64,000 nt of DNA from Escherichia phage slur16: sequence record NC_028248.1. One strand, 5' to 3'. A model generated the notes under the pieces. The model saw only the letters and a list, made by a program, of their open reading frames with translations, was not told the origin of the DNA and ran no database searches. Within the stretch, counting starts at the first letter, position 1. Each line of letters starts with the position of its first letter. The translations under genes and the position numbers were made by a program. Positions 9,058-16,954 of this stretch are shown piece after piece.

Positions 9058-9681
9058 TTATGAAAAAGTCATCTCGCCATATTCATCCACATCAAACCGC
9101 CAATCATTGGCCTCAATAAGGCCGATCAGGTTTTCGGTAGTAAACTGTTCAAGATAGGCCTCCTCCAGGTCTACGTAAACCTTGCGGGATAGCTCCCGTA
9201 CCGTCTCGGTGATCAGCTCTTCCAGGTCTTCCACTTTGTTTTCTTGTTTGGCGGTCAGATCTAGCCAGGTGGTATCAATGTATCCGCTTACAGTGTTTTC
9301 GTGACTATAGCGGCTATATGGATCACGCTCAACACTGGCTGATAACTCGCCATCGTGCATTGTGCCGAACAAGTGACGAATTGATCGGAACTTGGTCAGG
9401 GCCTTTACTTTACGCAAAAATTTTTCTAAATCCACGTTTTCAGCACTGATTGACGCGCCGTCACCCTGGCACCAAAAGCCTGACCAATGTACTTCGGTAT
9501 CTTCAAGGCCATACTCTGGAAAAACATATTCTTTATAGTATTCAATTACACTTTCTGCAAAAAAGTTATCCCCGCTGTGTTCTTCTCTTTCGCGGACCAT
9601 TTCAACGGCTTTTTCTTTTTGTTCGTCGGTCAGCACGTCGAAAGATAAATTGTAACCTGCGGTAATGTTAACGGTGGTCAT
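9058..9681 (-). CDS. hypothetical acidic protein (207 aa)
   Basis: Strongly Asp/Glu-rich; promoter, hairpin ggcgggaaaaattcccgcc and GGAGA upstream. Confidence 0.5.
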   Translation of the reverse strand: MTTVNITAGYNLSFDVLTDEQKEKAVEMVREREEHSGDNFFAESVIEYYKEYVFPEYGLEDTEVHWSGFWCQGDGASISAENVDLEKFLRKVKALTKFRSIRHLFGTMHDGELSASVERDPYSRYSHENTVSGYIDTTWLDLTAKQENKVEDLEELITETVRELSRKVYVDLEEAYLEQFTTENLIGLIEANDWRFDVDEYGEMTFS

Positions 9682-9738
9682 GATATTTTCTCCTATTTTC
9701 TTTGTTAGTGGCGGGAATTTTTCCCGCCTGTGTGTTTA

Positions 9739-9766
9739 AGTATACTTATTGAGGCTTACTTGTCAA
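9739..9766 (-). promoter_or_regulatory. sigma70-like promoter (TTGACA-N16-TATACT)
   Basis: Minus strand TTGACAagtaagcctcaataagTATACT. Confidence 0.4.
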
Positions 9767-10016
9767 CACTATTTTTTAAATTATTGTGGCGTAAAATGTT
9801 TAGAATCTCTTCAACGTCATCAACACGGCGGCAATTTTTAAACGCTACCAATTGCCCCCGGATCTTAATCACTGGGCGGCCTTGCCAGTGCCCCTGGAGA
9901 AAGCGCGCTTTAACTTTATCGGTGGAACTATCACGCCACCAAACGGCCTTATTATTGCAGTAGTAAAAATTATTCAGGACAACATCGACTTTATCAAAAT
10001 TTTTTAATTTACGCAT
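9756..10016 (-). CDS. hypothetical protein (86 aa)
   Basis: Track ORF; GAAAGGAG before ATG. Confidence 0.4.
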   Translation of the reverse strand: MRKLKNFDKVDVVLNNFYYCNNKAVWWRDSSTDKVKARFLQGHWQGRPVIKIRGQLVAFKNCRRVDDVEEILNILRHNNLKNSVDK

Positions 10017-10051
10017 GGCGTTTACTCCTTTCTTCTTGCTTTGATGTGGTT

Positions 10052-10080
10052 AGTATATCCAGGCGATTCCAAGGTGTCAA
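10052..10080 (-). promoter_or_regulatory. sigma70-like promoter (TTGACA-N17-TATACT)
   Basis: Minus strand TTGACAccttggaatcgcctggaTATACT. Confidence 0.4.
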
Positions 10081-10250
10081 GCTTTAAATAAAAGATATTT
10101 TTAACACCATAAAACGGTCCTGGGTGATGTTTTCAGGCTAAGAAAGGGGATTGCATAGGTAGGGGCTTTTGTGGCGTTTGTGGGGCCAACCAGGGGCGCT
10201 ATTCGTAGGATAGAAATAAAAAGCCCCGCACAATGGCGGGGCGTTGGTTG

Positions 10251-10472
10251 TTATTTGCCTTTGTGGCGGTATCGTTCCGCCTGTCGTTCACGTTCCAAAA
10301 GCAGGCCCGGTAATTTGCGATCATAGTGATTCCTCCAGATCTTCCCGAACCTTTTCGGTTTATTCAGTTTATTGTTACGCTGGCGGCGTTCCGGCAGCTC
10401 TTCGGAATCGTGGGGGCGCTTTACAATTTTTTCGAAATTAATTTTCATAAATTTCCCCTTTACTAATTTCAA
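10251..10472 (-). CDS. hypothetical basic protein (73 aa)
   Basis: Track ORF, Lys/Arg-rich; overlaps upstream gene 3-prime end. Confidence 0.3.
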   Translation of the reverse strand: MKLVKGKFMKINFEKIVKRPHDSEELPERRQRNNKLNKPKRFGKIWRNHYDRKLPGLLLERERQAERYRHKGK

Positions 10473-10791
10473 TATTTGCCTGAATCGCCCGGATACGACG
10501 TTTTATGACCTCCTGATCCTTGCAATCATATCCCCAAAAGTCTACGATCTTTGCGCCTCCGGCCTTTAGGCGGTATAGTGTTTCCTGCATCTTGTAAGCT
10601 GGGATCGGTCGCGGTGTTACCTGGTCGCCTCTCTCATCTTTGTACTTGATTATGTAGTCTTCGTTGTCGTTGAATACCCAAAATGGGTATTCTGTGAGCG
10701 CGTTGCTATCTTTTTCGTTTTTAGATTGGATCTTGTTTACAATTAAAGCCGTAGCAATAGCGCCAATAATAAAACTAGCCCCGCTGATCAT
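10438..10791 (-). CDS. hypothetical membrane-anchored protein (117 aa; track start 10854)
   Basis: AAGGAG 6 nt upstream of the ATG at 10791; N-terminal hydrophobic helix. Confidence 0.4.
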   Translation of the reverse strand: MISGASFIIGAIATALIVNKIQSKNEKDSNALTEYPFWVFNDNEDYIIKYKDERGDQVTPRPIPAYKMQETLYRLKAGGAKIVDFWGYDCKDQEVIKRRIRAIQANIEISKGEIYEN

Positions 10792-10819
10792 GTACTTTCT
10801 CCTTTCATGGTGTTGATAA

Positions 10820-10865
10820 ATTATCTTTATAGATGGCCCTGCAGCCAGGACCACCGAAAAAATAA
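10820..10865 (-). repeat. degenerate copy of the 45-bp intergenic element
   Basis: ttatctttatagatggccctgcagccaggaccaccgaaaaaataa shares the ctttatagatggccctg half; palindrome not preserved. Confidence 0.35.
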
Positions 10866-11111
10866 CTATTTCACAATGCCTACAAAACAGATCCCGCCTT
10901 CACCTATATAAGCAATATCGGTCACTTTATAACTTGTCAAGATCTGCTTATTTAGTTCATTAATAAAATCGGTCATTGCGTTGGTGTAGTTGTCTTCCGT
11001 GTCTAAGGCATAATCCCAGGTGTACACCTTTTTACGTCCGAAGCCTTTTACCATGATACGGGCGCTTTTGGTGTTGGTAGGGGCATAATATTTGGTGATT
11101 AGTGCTGCCAT
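10866..11111 (-). CDS. hypothetical protein (81 aa)
   Basis: Track ORF; AGGAG before ATG. Confidence 0.45.
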   Translation of the reverse strand: MAALITKYYAPTNTKSARIMVKGFGRKKVYTWDYALDTEDNYTNAMTDFINELNKQILTSYKVTDIAYIGEGGICFVGIVK

Positions 11112-11154
11112 GGTTTTAACTCCTATGCATTAGTTCAGTGTTAACAGTATAAAG

Positions 11155-11198
11155 TTTACTTTATAGATGGCCCTGGTGTCAAGGCCATCTAAAAATAA
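11155..11198 (-). repeat. 45-bp intergenic hairpin element, copy 2
   Basis: tttactttataGATGGCCctggtgtcaaGGCCATCtaaaaataa. Confidence 0.55.
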
Positions 11199-11200
11199 GC

Positions 11201-11542
11201 TTACTCGTTTTCTTCCAGCTCCGCAAGCTCTTCTTTTGCTTCTTCTAACTCTGTCTGTAATTCCTGGTATTCTTCATCGTCCTCAATATCCAGGCTGTCG
11301 ATGTAGTCGCTAAATCCGCAGCGGTAAGCGATAGGATCTAGCTCCTTGAGGATACGCGACGGAAGAAAAGAAATGTTTCCGATCATAATTTCGCCGTAGA
11401 TCTCGTCTAACCATTCATCATAGTTTTCGTCGTACTTGTCCTCGTCGATTTCAAAGTTATCGATCTTATTCTCAAGGTCTGCGATCTGTTTTTTCAGTTC
11501 AGCGATCTGCATAGCTTTTTCTGAGGCGGTCATAGTAGTCAT
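11201..11542 (-). CDS. hypothetical acidic coiled-coil protein (113 aa)
   Basis: Heptad-like N-terminus, very acidic C-terminus (…EEAKEELAELEENE); near-consensus promoter upstream. Confidence 0.5.
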   Translation of the reverse strand: MTTMTASEKAMQIAELKKQIADLENKIDNFEIDEDKYDENYDEWLDEIYGEIMIGNISFLPSRILKELDPIAYRCGFSDYIDSLDIEDDEEYQELQTELEEAKEELAELEENE

Positions 11543-11593
11543 GGTGTTTTTCTCCTTTTGTGTGTTCTGGGAAGTTTTCCCGTTTATGTGCTT

Positions 11594-11621
11594 ATTATAT
11601 CGATTTAAGTTAGCTTGTCAA
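11594..11621 (-). promoter_or_regulatory. sigma70 promoter, near consensus (TTGACA-N16-TATAAT)
   Basis: Minus strand TTGACAagctaacttaaatcgaTATAAT, then hairpin gggaaaacttccc and GGAGA. Confidence 0.5.
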
Positions 11622-11741
11622 TTAAAAGTTTAAGAAAAATTTTGCGACACCGTTGGCGCTACCCATCAACATTTGCGCCAGGATGTACCCAATGATGCAA
11701 ACGATGATGGTTACCTTTGTGTGCTGGCGTGTAGTGCTCAT
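11622..11741 (-). CDS. small membrane peptide (39 aa)
   Basis: Found by eye: GGAGG then ATG at 11741 (MSTTRQHTKVTIIVCIIGYILAQMLMGSANGVAKFFLNF). Confidence 0.3.
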   Translation of the reverse strand: MSTTRQHTKVTIIVCIIGYILAQMLMGSANGVAKFFLNF

Positions 11742-11775
11742 CTTTAAGCCTCCTTTTCCGCTCAACTGTGGTTAG

Positions 11776-11820
11776 TTTACTTTATTGATGGCCCTGGTGT
11801 CAAGGCCATCTAAAAATAAA
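11776..11820 (-). repeat. 45-bp intergenic hairpin element, copy 3
   Basis: tttactttattGATGGCCctggtgtcaaGGCCATCtaaaaataaa; ends 2 nt before the upstream gene stop. Confidence 0.55.
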
Positions 11821-11821
11821 C

Positions 11822-12217
11822 TCAATAAGTTTTTAGTACTTTCCCGTCCAATCTGTCAAGCTGGATCTCAATAGCTGCAGAAAATCTATTGTAAACCACA
11901 TCGCCCAGGGAGTCCAGCCAATCTATGACGTTATACACCTGCTCTTTATTCTTGCAAGTCCGGATCCGTTTCATTACGTAAGACGGATCAATATTAGCGC
12001 TCTCGTTGTTGTGGTCCTGCGCCTGGCCTGCTGCGCTAGTTATAGATTTTACAACCACCTGAAAGGGCTTTAAGGTGCCTTTTGCGTTCATCTCACGCGC
12101 TTTTGCGGCGCGGTTGTTATATGTTACACAACGGCGGCAAATGTTGACCAAATGCATATCAATAATTTTTTCATCGTTTGCCAGTTCGTTCATGATGCGG
12201 CGTACGTTCTTATTCAT
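11822..12217 (-). CDS. hypothetical protein (131 aa)
   Basis: Track ORF; promoter, hairpin ggcgggaaacatcccgcc and AGAGGAAA upstream. Confidence 0.5.
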   Translation of the reverse strand: MNKNVRRIMNELANDEKIIDMHLVNICRRCVTYNNRAAKAREMNAKGTLKPFQVVVKSITSAAGQAQDHNNESANIDPSYVMKRIRTCKNKEQVYNVIDWLDSLGDVVYNRFSAAIEIQLDRLDGKVLKTY

Positions 12218-12262
12218 AGCTTTTCCTCTGTGTTGGCGGGATGTTTCCCGCCTTTTGTGCCT

Positions 12263-12290
12263 AGTTTACTTGAATTTTGCAGCGTGTCAA
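12263..12290 (-). promoter_or_regulatory. sigma70-like promoter (TTGACA-N16-TAAACT) with A-tract upstream
   Basis: Minus strand aaaaaaaaaaaaattaTTGACAcgctgcaaaattcaagTAAACT. Confidence 0.45.
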
Positions 12291-12304
12291 TAATTTTTTT
12301 TTTT

Positions 12305-12703
12305 TTATTCGTGGGCGCATGTTACAATGTGCTTTTTATAGCCCAAGTGGTTAGCAAGTGCCGCCAAAAACTCTTCTTCATAGATCCAGCCGTCGGCAGT
12401 GATTCCCATGGCACTTAATGCGCTTTCAAGTGCAGCGTTGGCTTTATCATAACCGTGACCGCTCGCCTTGCCGCCAGTATAACCGTACTTATTGTTCTTG
12501 TTGTCGTGAATCCAAAATACACAGTAATGAGTGTTACCGCTGGCGGCGGCATAATACCGGATCTCAGCTACTTCGTGCAAATTATTGTCATCGTCCAGGC
12601 CCACCAGATTATAGGCCTTGTAGAATCCGCGATCACGGCGGCAGCTTTTAACATCAGAAAAAGAGAAGTCAGCATTATTAAAATTAAAGGTTGTGGTTTT
12701 CAT
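12305..12703 (-). CDS. hypothetical protein (132 aa)
   Basis: Track ORF; AAGAGGA before ATG. Confidence 0.5.
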   Translation of the reverse strand: MKTTTFNFNNADFSFSDVKSCRRDRGFYKAYNLVGLDDDNNLHEVAEIRYYAAASGNTHYCVFWIHDNKNNKYGYTGGKASGHGYDKANAALESALSAMGITADGWIYEEEFLAALANHLGYKKHIVTCAHE

Positions 12704-12735
12704 GATTTTATCCTCTTAGTGTCTTTTGTGCTTTC

Positions 12736-12764
12736 AGTATATTTTGTTTCAGACTGTATGTCAA
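12736..12764 (-). promoter_or_regulatory. sigma70-like promoter (TTGACA-N17-TATACT)
   Basis: Minus strand TTGACAtacagtctgaaacaaaaTATACT. Confidence 0.4.
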
Positions 12765-12767
12765 TAC

Positions 12768-12965
12768 TTATTTTTTATTAAACCAGTGGTTGATCTGACC
12801 TTTTGTCAGGGCGCAACGATTAAGCTGTTGCAGGGTATAGCTATGACCGCGACGAAATTTATAAAGGCCTTGCCCGTTGTTGATGGTTACATCCACCCGG
12901 CAAATCACTTGATTGGTGACCACCTGGCGAGTGTTGCGACGTGCTTTGATTCCGTATGCGTTCAT
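12768..12965 (-). CDS. hypothetical basic protein (65 aa)
   Basis: Track ORF; AGAGAGGATAA before ATG. Confidence 0.35.
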   Translation of the reverse strand: MNAYGIKARRNTRQVVTNQVICRVDVTINNGQGLYKFRRGHSYTLQQLNRCALTKGQINHWFNKK

Positions 12966-13259
12966 GATTTCTTATCCTCTCTGTTAATTAGTGTGGTGTT
13001 GTTCACCTTGCGAGAATAAGAATAACAAGAACTGTCCGAGCTGTCAACCACTATGCAAAATTATTTTTGGGCAAAATTCTCCAGCCGCCGCCCCTGCCAG
13101 GTTAACCACCGTTTTCGTACTCTTCTTTATGTTCCGGTGCTTCCGTTTTAGCCTTCTCGACCAGGGCGATAGCTTCCGTATCATCAATTACTATTTTCCA
13201 GGTGAGTAGCATTACCTTTCATTTTTGTACCTCTTCTGTAGCTGTTCACTTTATAGCGC

Positions 13260-13560
13260 GGACCTGCCAGGTTGGCCCCGCCAGGTCCCGACAGTGGGCG
13301 CACCTGGTTATAATTTTTTTTTTGAAAGGTGTTGACAGCGGCCCCGCCAGGTGGCACAATATACCTATCGAAAGGACGGCAGGCACCGGTGACGGGGGAG
13401 ACAACCACCGGAGATGGGCGCTGCGTAAAATGAGAACGGTTATCATTATCATTTAAAAATTTATGCAAAAAATCCTTGCTTTCTTTGTCCTGTGTGATAC
13501 TATAATAACAAGCCGGGGCAACAGGGGCCGGGAGACAATCACCGGGCCTGCCCGTTATTC
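13260..13560 (+). promoter_or_regulatory. promoter-like cluster with ccaggt boxes and two direct E-element copies
   Basis: ggccccgccaggt exact at 13274-13286 and 13340-13352; TTATAAT at 13308-13314; TTGACA at 13333-13338; TATAAT at 13501-13506; E cores at 13394-13411 and 13530-13552. Confidence 0.4.
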
Positions 13561-13699
13561 TGCAAACGAGAATGATTATCATTCAAAATTCTAAATGAGA
13601 ACTCCTCGCATTTAATAAATTTAATTAGCATGCTAATTACCCTCCGTAACAATTTCCTATAAAACAGTATCCCATAAAATATTCCCATATAGAAATTTT

Positions 13700-13890
13700 A
13701 AAAATCCATTTCTGAAAACGAAAAATCGATTTCGTCCCCAAAAATTTCAGGTCGAGATCCGGAACGATTTCCAGAAAATCCGATTTAGAAAACGAAAAAC
13801 AGATCGAGTACTGAGAAATTTATCGAGAAAAATTTTCAGAAAATCCAAGCCATGAAATGAAAAGTAGATCGAGTACTGGAAAAATTGTAC
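13700..13890. repeat. degenerate tandem repeats (~3 copies, period ~65 bp)
   Basis: agaaaatccgatttagaaaacgaaaaacagatcgagtactgagaaa vs agaaaatccaagccatgaaatgaaaagtagatcgagtactggaaaa; aaaatcc box also at ~14045 and ~14132; inverted repeat atcaggag/ctcctgat at 14124-14158. Confidence 0.5.
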
Positions 13891-14185
13891 CGCAACCCAC
13901 TGATAGTGATGGGTTTTCCGTCATAAATCACTAAGAGTGAGTGGAGAAAGGTATGGTGGAGAGGTGTGTATGTGTGGGAAATCTGTAATGGTGGCCTGAA
14001 ATATGGTGCAAACGGCTAGATAGATTGGCACAATTTTCCGCGCCTGTGTTGAAAAAATCCATTTCAGTTTTCGATCCATTTTCTGATTTTCTAAGAATTT
14101 TAAAATATCTATGTGTTCAAAATATCAGGAGAAAATCCATTTTAGAAATTCTCCTGATTTCTGGCAACTTGGCAATTTAAAAATA

Positions 14186-14518
14186 TCAGGTGCCCAGTTT
14201 GTTCTTTCCTTTATATAAACGCAAGGGTATAGTTTTTGTAACAGTCCACCTTCCTACACCTTCCCAGTTCCAGTTGTAGGCATGGTACCCGGTTACGCAT
14301 GCACTGCTAGAGTGGTCATAGGCATAAGAGAACGCTATACGCACCAGGTGGGGCCAGTCCTTCCATGGTTGTGGTCCGTAAGCTTTTCTCCAACACCGAC
14401 ACAAACTAAATGTCTCAAGAATAGGTAGGATAACAAATCCATACACCGCCACCAGAATAGCCAGCGCAATGATTGTCAGGAATACATACCCTGCAGTTGA
14501 AACGATGATCTCTGTCAT
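14186..14518 (-). CDS. hypothetical membrane protein (110 aa)
   Basis: Long N-terminal hydrophobic segment. Confidence 0.45.
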   Translation of the reverse strand: MTEIIVSTAGYVFLTIIALAILVAVYGFVILPILETFSLCRCWRKAYGPQPWKDWPHLVRIAFSYAYDHSSSACVTGYHAYNWNWEGVGRWTVTKTIPLRLYKGKNKLGT

Positions 14519-14712
14519 TTGTCGTCCCCTTTCTTACGAATATAGATGTGAGAGCCTGCCTGTATATAAATTTCTCGACCATCCTCTGCAAAGATATGAA
14601 ATACACGATCACCTTCGTACTCGATACGAGATATCTTCATAATGGTCTTTCCACCTGGGATACGGATCTCGTCCCCCACAGCGATGTTCCATGCAGATTT
14701 AAGCTTAAACAT
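14515..14712 (-). CDS. hypothetical protein (65 aa; track start 14778)
   Basis: AAGGAAGG 5 nt upstream of the ATG at 14712 gives a short overlap with the upstream gene. Confidence 0.4.
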   Translation of the reverse strand: MFKLKSAWNIAVGDEIRIPGGKTIMKISRIEYEGDRVFHIFAEDGREIYIQAGSHIYIRKKGDDK

Positions 14713-14950
14713 CTGCACCTTCCTTTGGGAGCTCGAACTCTGGCATAGCCATATACGCCACAACAGGGTTGTAATCAAAGTAGAAATGACCGTTAATTAT
14801 CCCAGTTTTGTGAGCATAGTCACCAGATCCTGCAAGAACAACCTCGCAAACTCCGAAATCAACCTTGCCATTCTCATCTGCCATGGCTACAATATACTTT
14901 CCTAGAGGTATGTTTTTAACGCCGTCTACAAATGTCCACCCTTTGTTCAT
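14705..14950 (-). CDS. hypothetical protein (81 aa)
   Basis: Track ORF. Confidence 0.45.
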   Translation of the reverse strand: MNKGWTFVDGVKNIPLGKYIVAMADENGKVDFGVCEVVLAGSGDYAHKTGIINGHFYFDYNPVVAYMAMPEFELPKEGADV

Positions 14951-14971
14951 AACTTTATCTCCTGGACTTTC

Positions 14972-15304
14972 TTAAGGTAACCAGTAAACAATTTCGCCTT
15001 TCAGTTCCATGTCGTTACCGACATAGATTTTCCAGCCATCCATTTTAGCCACTGCAGGAGTGAAGTCCGAAGAACCACTAACCTCTTTCCAAGTCCCGTA
15101 GTCAGGTTGCCAGATATAGAATCCACCTTCCTTGTCCCATGCTCCATATACCACATCGAGCAGGTTGCCCATTGCAACAATAGTAGGCCGTGGGAATAAT
15201 ACATCTACAGATGCACCACAATTTCGGGTAGATTTTAAATTACAATTCCAAAAGATGTCTGCCAGTGTGGCGGCAATAGCTTTACGTCTTTCCAATGTTA
15301 CCAT
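14972..15304 (-). CDS. hypothetical protein (110 aa)
   Basis: Track ORF. Confidence 0.45.
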   Translation of the reverse strand: MVTLERRKAIAATLADIFWNCNLKSTRNCGASVDVLFPRPTIVAMGNLLDVVYGAWDKEGGFYIWQPDYGTWKEVSGSSDFTPAVAKMDGWKIYVGNDMELKGEIVYWLP

Positions 15305-15311
15305 ATCATAC

Positions 15312-15503
15312 TCACTTGTTGTTAATAAGTTCTAAAACTTTCTGTCTTACTTTGTCAAGGTCTGTGGATTCAAAAACTGTACGGTATCCCCAACTTTGCC
15401 CATAGGAGTGACTGCAATCCCCGTAGCACCATTGCTCAATTTGATAGTATTCAAGGAACGGGTGCTGTCTAACTATGATACCATCTCGGTTAAAAATTAC
15501 CAT
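15312..15503 (-). CDS. hypothetical protein (63 aa)
   Basis: Track ORF. Confidence 0.4.
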   Translation of the reverse strand: MVIFNRDGIIVRQHPFLEYYQIEQWCYGDCSHSYGQSWGYRTVFESTDLDKVRQKVLELINNK

Positions 15504-15566
15504 AATACATCGCTCTCTGTTAGTTTATGCGTATATTATACACTGCAGTTTTCAGATGTCAACCTC

Positions 15567-15818
15567 TTACAGATTGCTCCAGTACAATCGGCATTTACAT
15601 TTTGGGCAATGAGGTTCTTTTATATAATAACCATCAGTCTTTGGAACACTTTTTGGTGCAGTTTTAAGATTGTACCTGGTAAAACATCGGAAGCAGGTTA
15701 CCTCTCCCACCTGTTGATCGTTGATCCACTCACCAGAGTAAAGTTCTTTCTTGTTTCTCATAATTCTCTCCCAAATCATCTGCAATCTTATACCAAAATC
15801 TCCAGCCAGAAAGCACAC
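15567..15818 (-). CDS. hypothetical zinc-ribbon protein (83 aa)
   Basis: CxxC…CPKCKC cysteine pattern. Confidence 0.4.
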   Translation of the reverse strand: MCFLAGDFGIRLQMIWERIMRNKKELYSGEWINDQQVGEVTCFRCFTRYNLKTAPKSVPKTDGYYIKEPHCPKCKCRLYWSNL

Positions 15819-16012
15819 GGGAACACTTTGAGGATTGAATCTTTACTTGGCTCGGAAGTTCTTTTTCCGTATGGTAGGTAGAAATACTCTCCTGCAGATT
15901 CGAATATAGCTCCTTCGGTTGTATCTACCACAGCAAGAATTAAGATTTTAGTCTCCACAGTGCTCTCCTCTCTTAGTTGTTGTGGAGACTATATCACCTC
16001 AGAAGATGGTCG

Positions 16013-16471
16013 TCAACACTTTTTGTACTCTACTACAACCACATCAATATCTGTGGTTGCAAGATTAATTACATCTTCCACATGTTCCCACTTTAGACCG
16101 CCAATACCGCATCCGATTTTAGGAATGTAGAACGGCAATGACACACCTTTGAATACCTCGTTGACTCGCTCAAAACCTTTCATGATTGAGAAGTATTCAG
16201 CATTGGGCCCTGGGTAGAACTGGGTATACAGGTTGATTCCATATACGACCCTGTTCTTGGCAAAATGCTCCCAACAAGAAAACATACCCAGCTTGTCTAG
16301 ATTCCCATAAGCAGTCTCTTTGTCGGCTGCCAGTGCTTGAGGGAACTCACGGGCAATATCTTTCGCTATGCCTGCACCCATTGTGTGAAAGCAGTTACAA
16401 CCGTGGATCATGTGGCCTGACCCTTTCTTGAAAATGGAGATTAGATCTCCACCTATAGTATCAATAATCAC
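16013..16471 (-). CDS. macro-domain protein (ADP-ribose binding / ADP-ribosyl hydrolase-like)
   Basis: GDLISIFKKGSGHMIHGCNCFHTMGAGIA resembles the macro N-terminal GDIT…NAAN…GGGV block; later IGCGIGGL glycine loop; likely GTG start at 16471 with GAGGAG upstream (track start 16570). Confidence 0.55.
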   Translation of the reverse strand: MIIDTIGGDLISIFKKGSGHMIHGCNCFHTMGAGIAKDIAREFPQALAADKETAYGNLDKLGMFSCWEHFAKNRVVYGINLYTQFYPGPNAEYFSIMKGFERVNEVFKGVSLPFYIPKIGCGIGGLKWEHVEDVINLATTDIDVVVVEYKKC

Positions 16472-16886
16472 GGTATGCCAGCTCCTCTTCTGCAATTTCA
16501 AAAAACTCAGTCCAGCACTGTGGCATATTGGAGTTACCGAAGTGGCTTTCATAGTAAAGGTTCTCACCACTTGGAAGATAGAAATCTGTTACCTCATAGA
16601 ATCCACAATCGTCGCACTCACCTTCTTCAAACTTGGCCTCAACCTTAATACCGAGGAAGGTGAAAAGTTTATGGATATCTTCAGTTTCGAACTCCCAGTG
16701 AATGTTGTTTTCCGCATCGGTGTAGAACTGGATCAGCAGACCATTGTCCAGTTTACCAAAATACTCTGTGAAGTAACTTCCTTCCCAGAAATCTTTATGA
16801 CAAATAATATCCATGCGTTTGCCCATAATAATGGTGTGAGCGTTTTGGGCATCATCACGAATCAGTTTTGGCATTTCATAGATCAT
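16461..16886 (-). CDS. hypothetical acidic protein (141 aa)
   Basis: Track ORF. Confidence 0.45.
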   Translation of the reverse strand: MIYEMPKLIRDDAQNAHTIIMGKRMDIICHKDFWEGSYFTEYFGKLDNGLLIQFYTDAENNIHWEFETEDIHKLFTFLGIKVEAKFEEGECDDCGFYEVTDFYLPSGENLYYESHFGNSNMPQCWTEFFEIAEEELAYRDY

Positions 16887-16954
16887 CTTAGTTCTCCGGG
16901 TTCAACAGGTGGTGGTGCTACAGGAAGATCATAAAACATGGCTATCACAGTCTC

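Noticed and set aside
13394-13411. T7-like phage RNA polymerase promoter suggested by gggaga
   Set aside because: No conserved ~17-bp upstream block resembling single-subunit polymerase promoters, and no such polymerase gene in the window.
13184-13582. Track ORFs 13184..13582 (-), 13202..13456 (+), 13246..13452 (-)
   Set aside because: Mutually overlapping, proline/glycine-rich translations of GC-rich repeats; no RBS and no co-directional context.
13690-13900. Possible CRISPR array
   Set aside because: Repeat units are degenerate (~80% identity), without uniform length or the regular repeat-spacer alternation of a CRISPR array; better described as tandem repeats.
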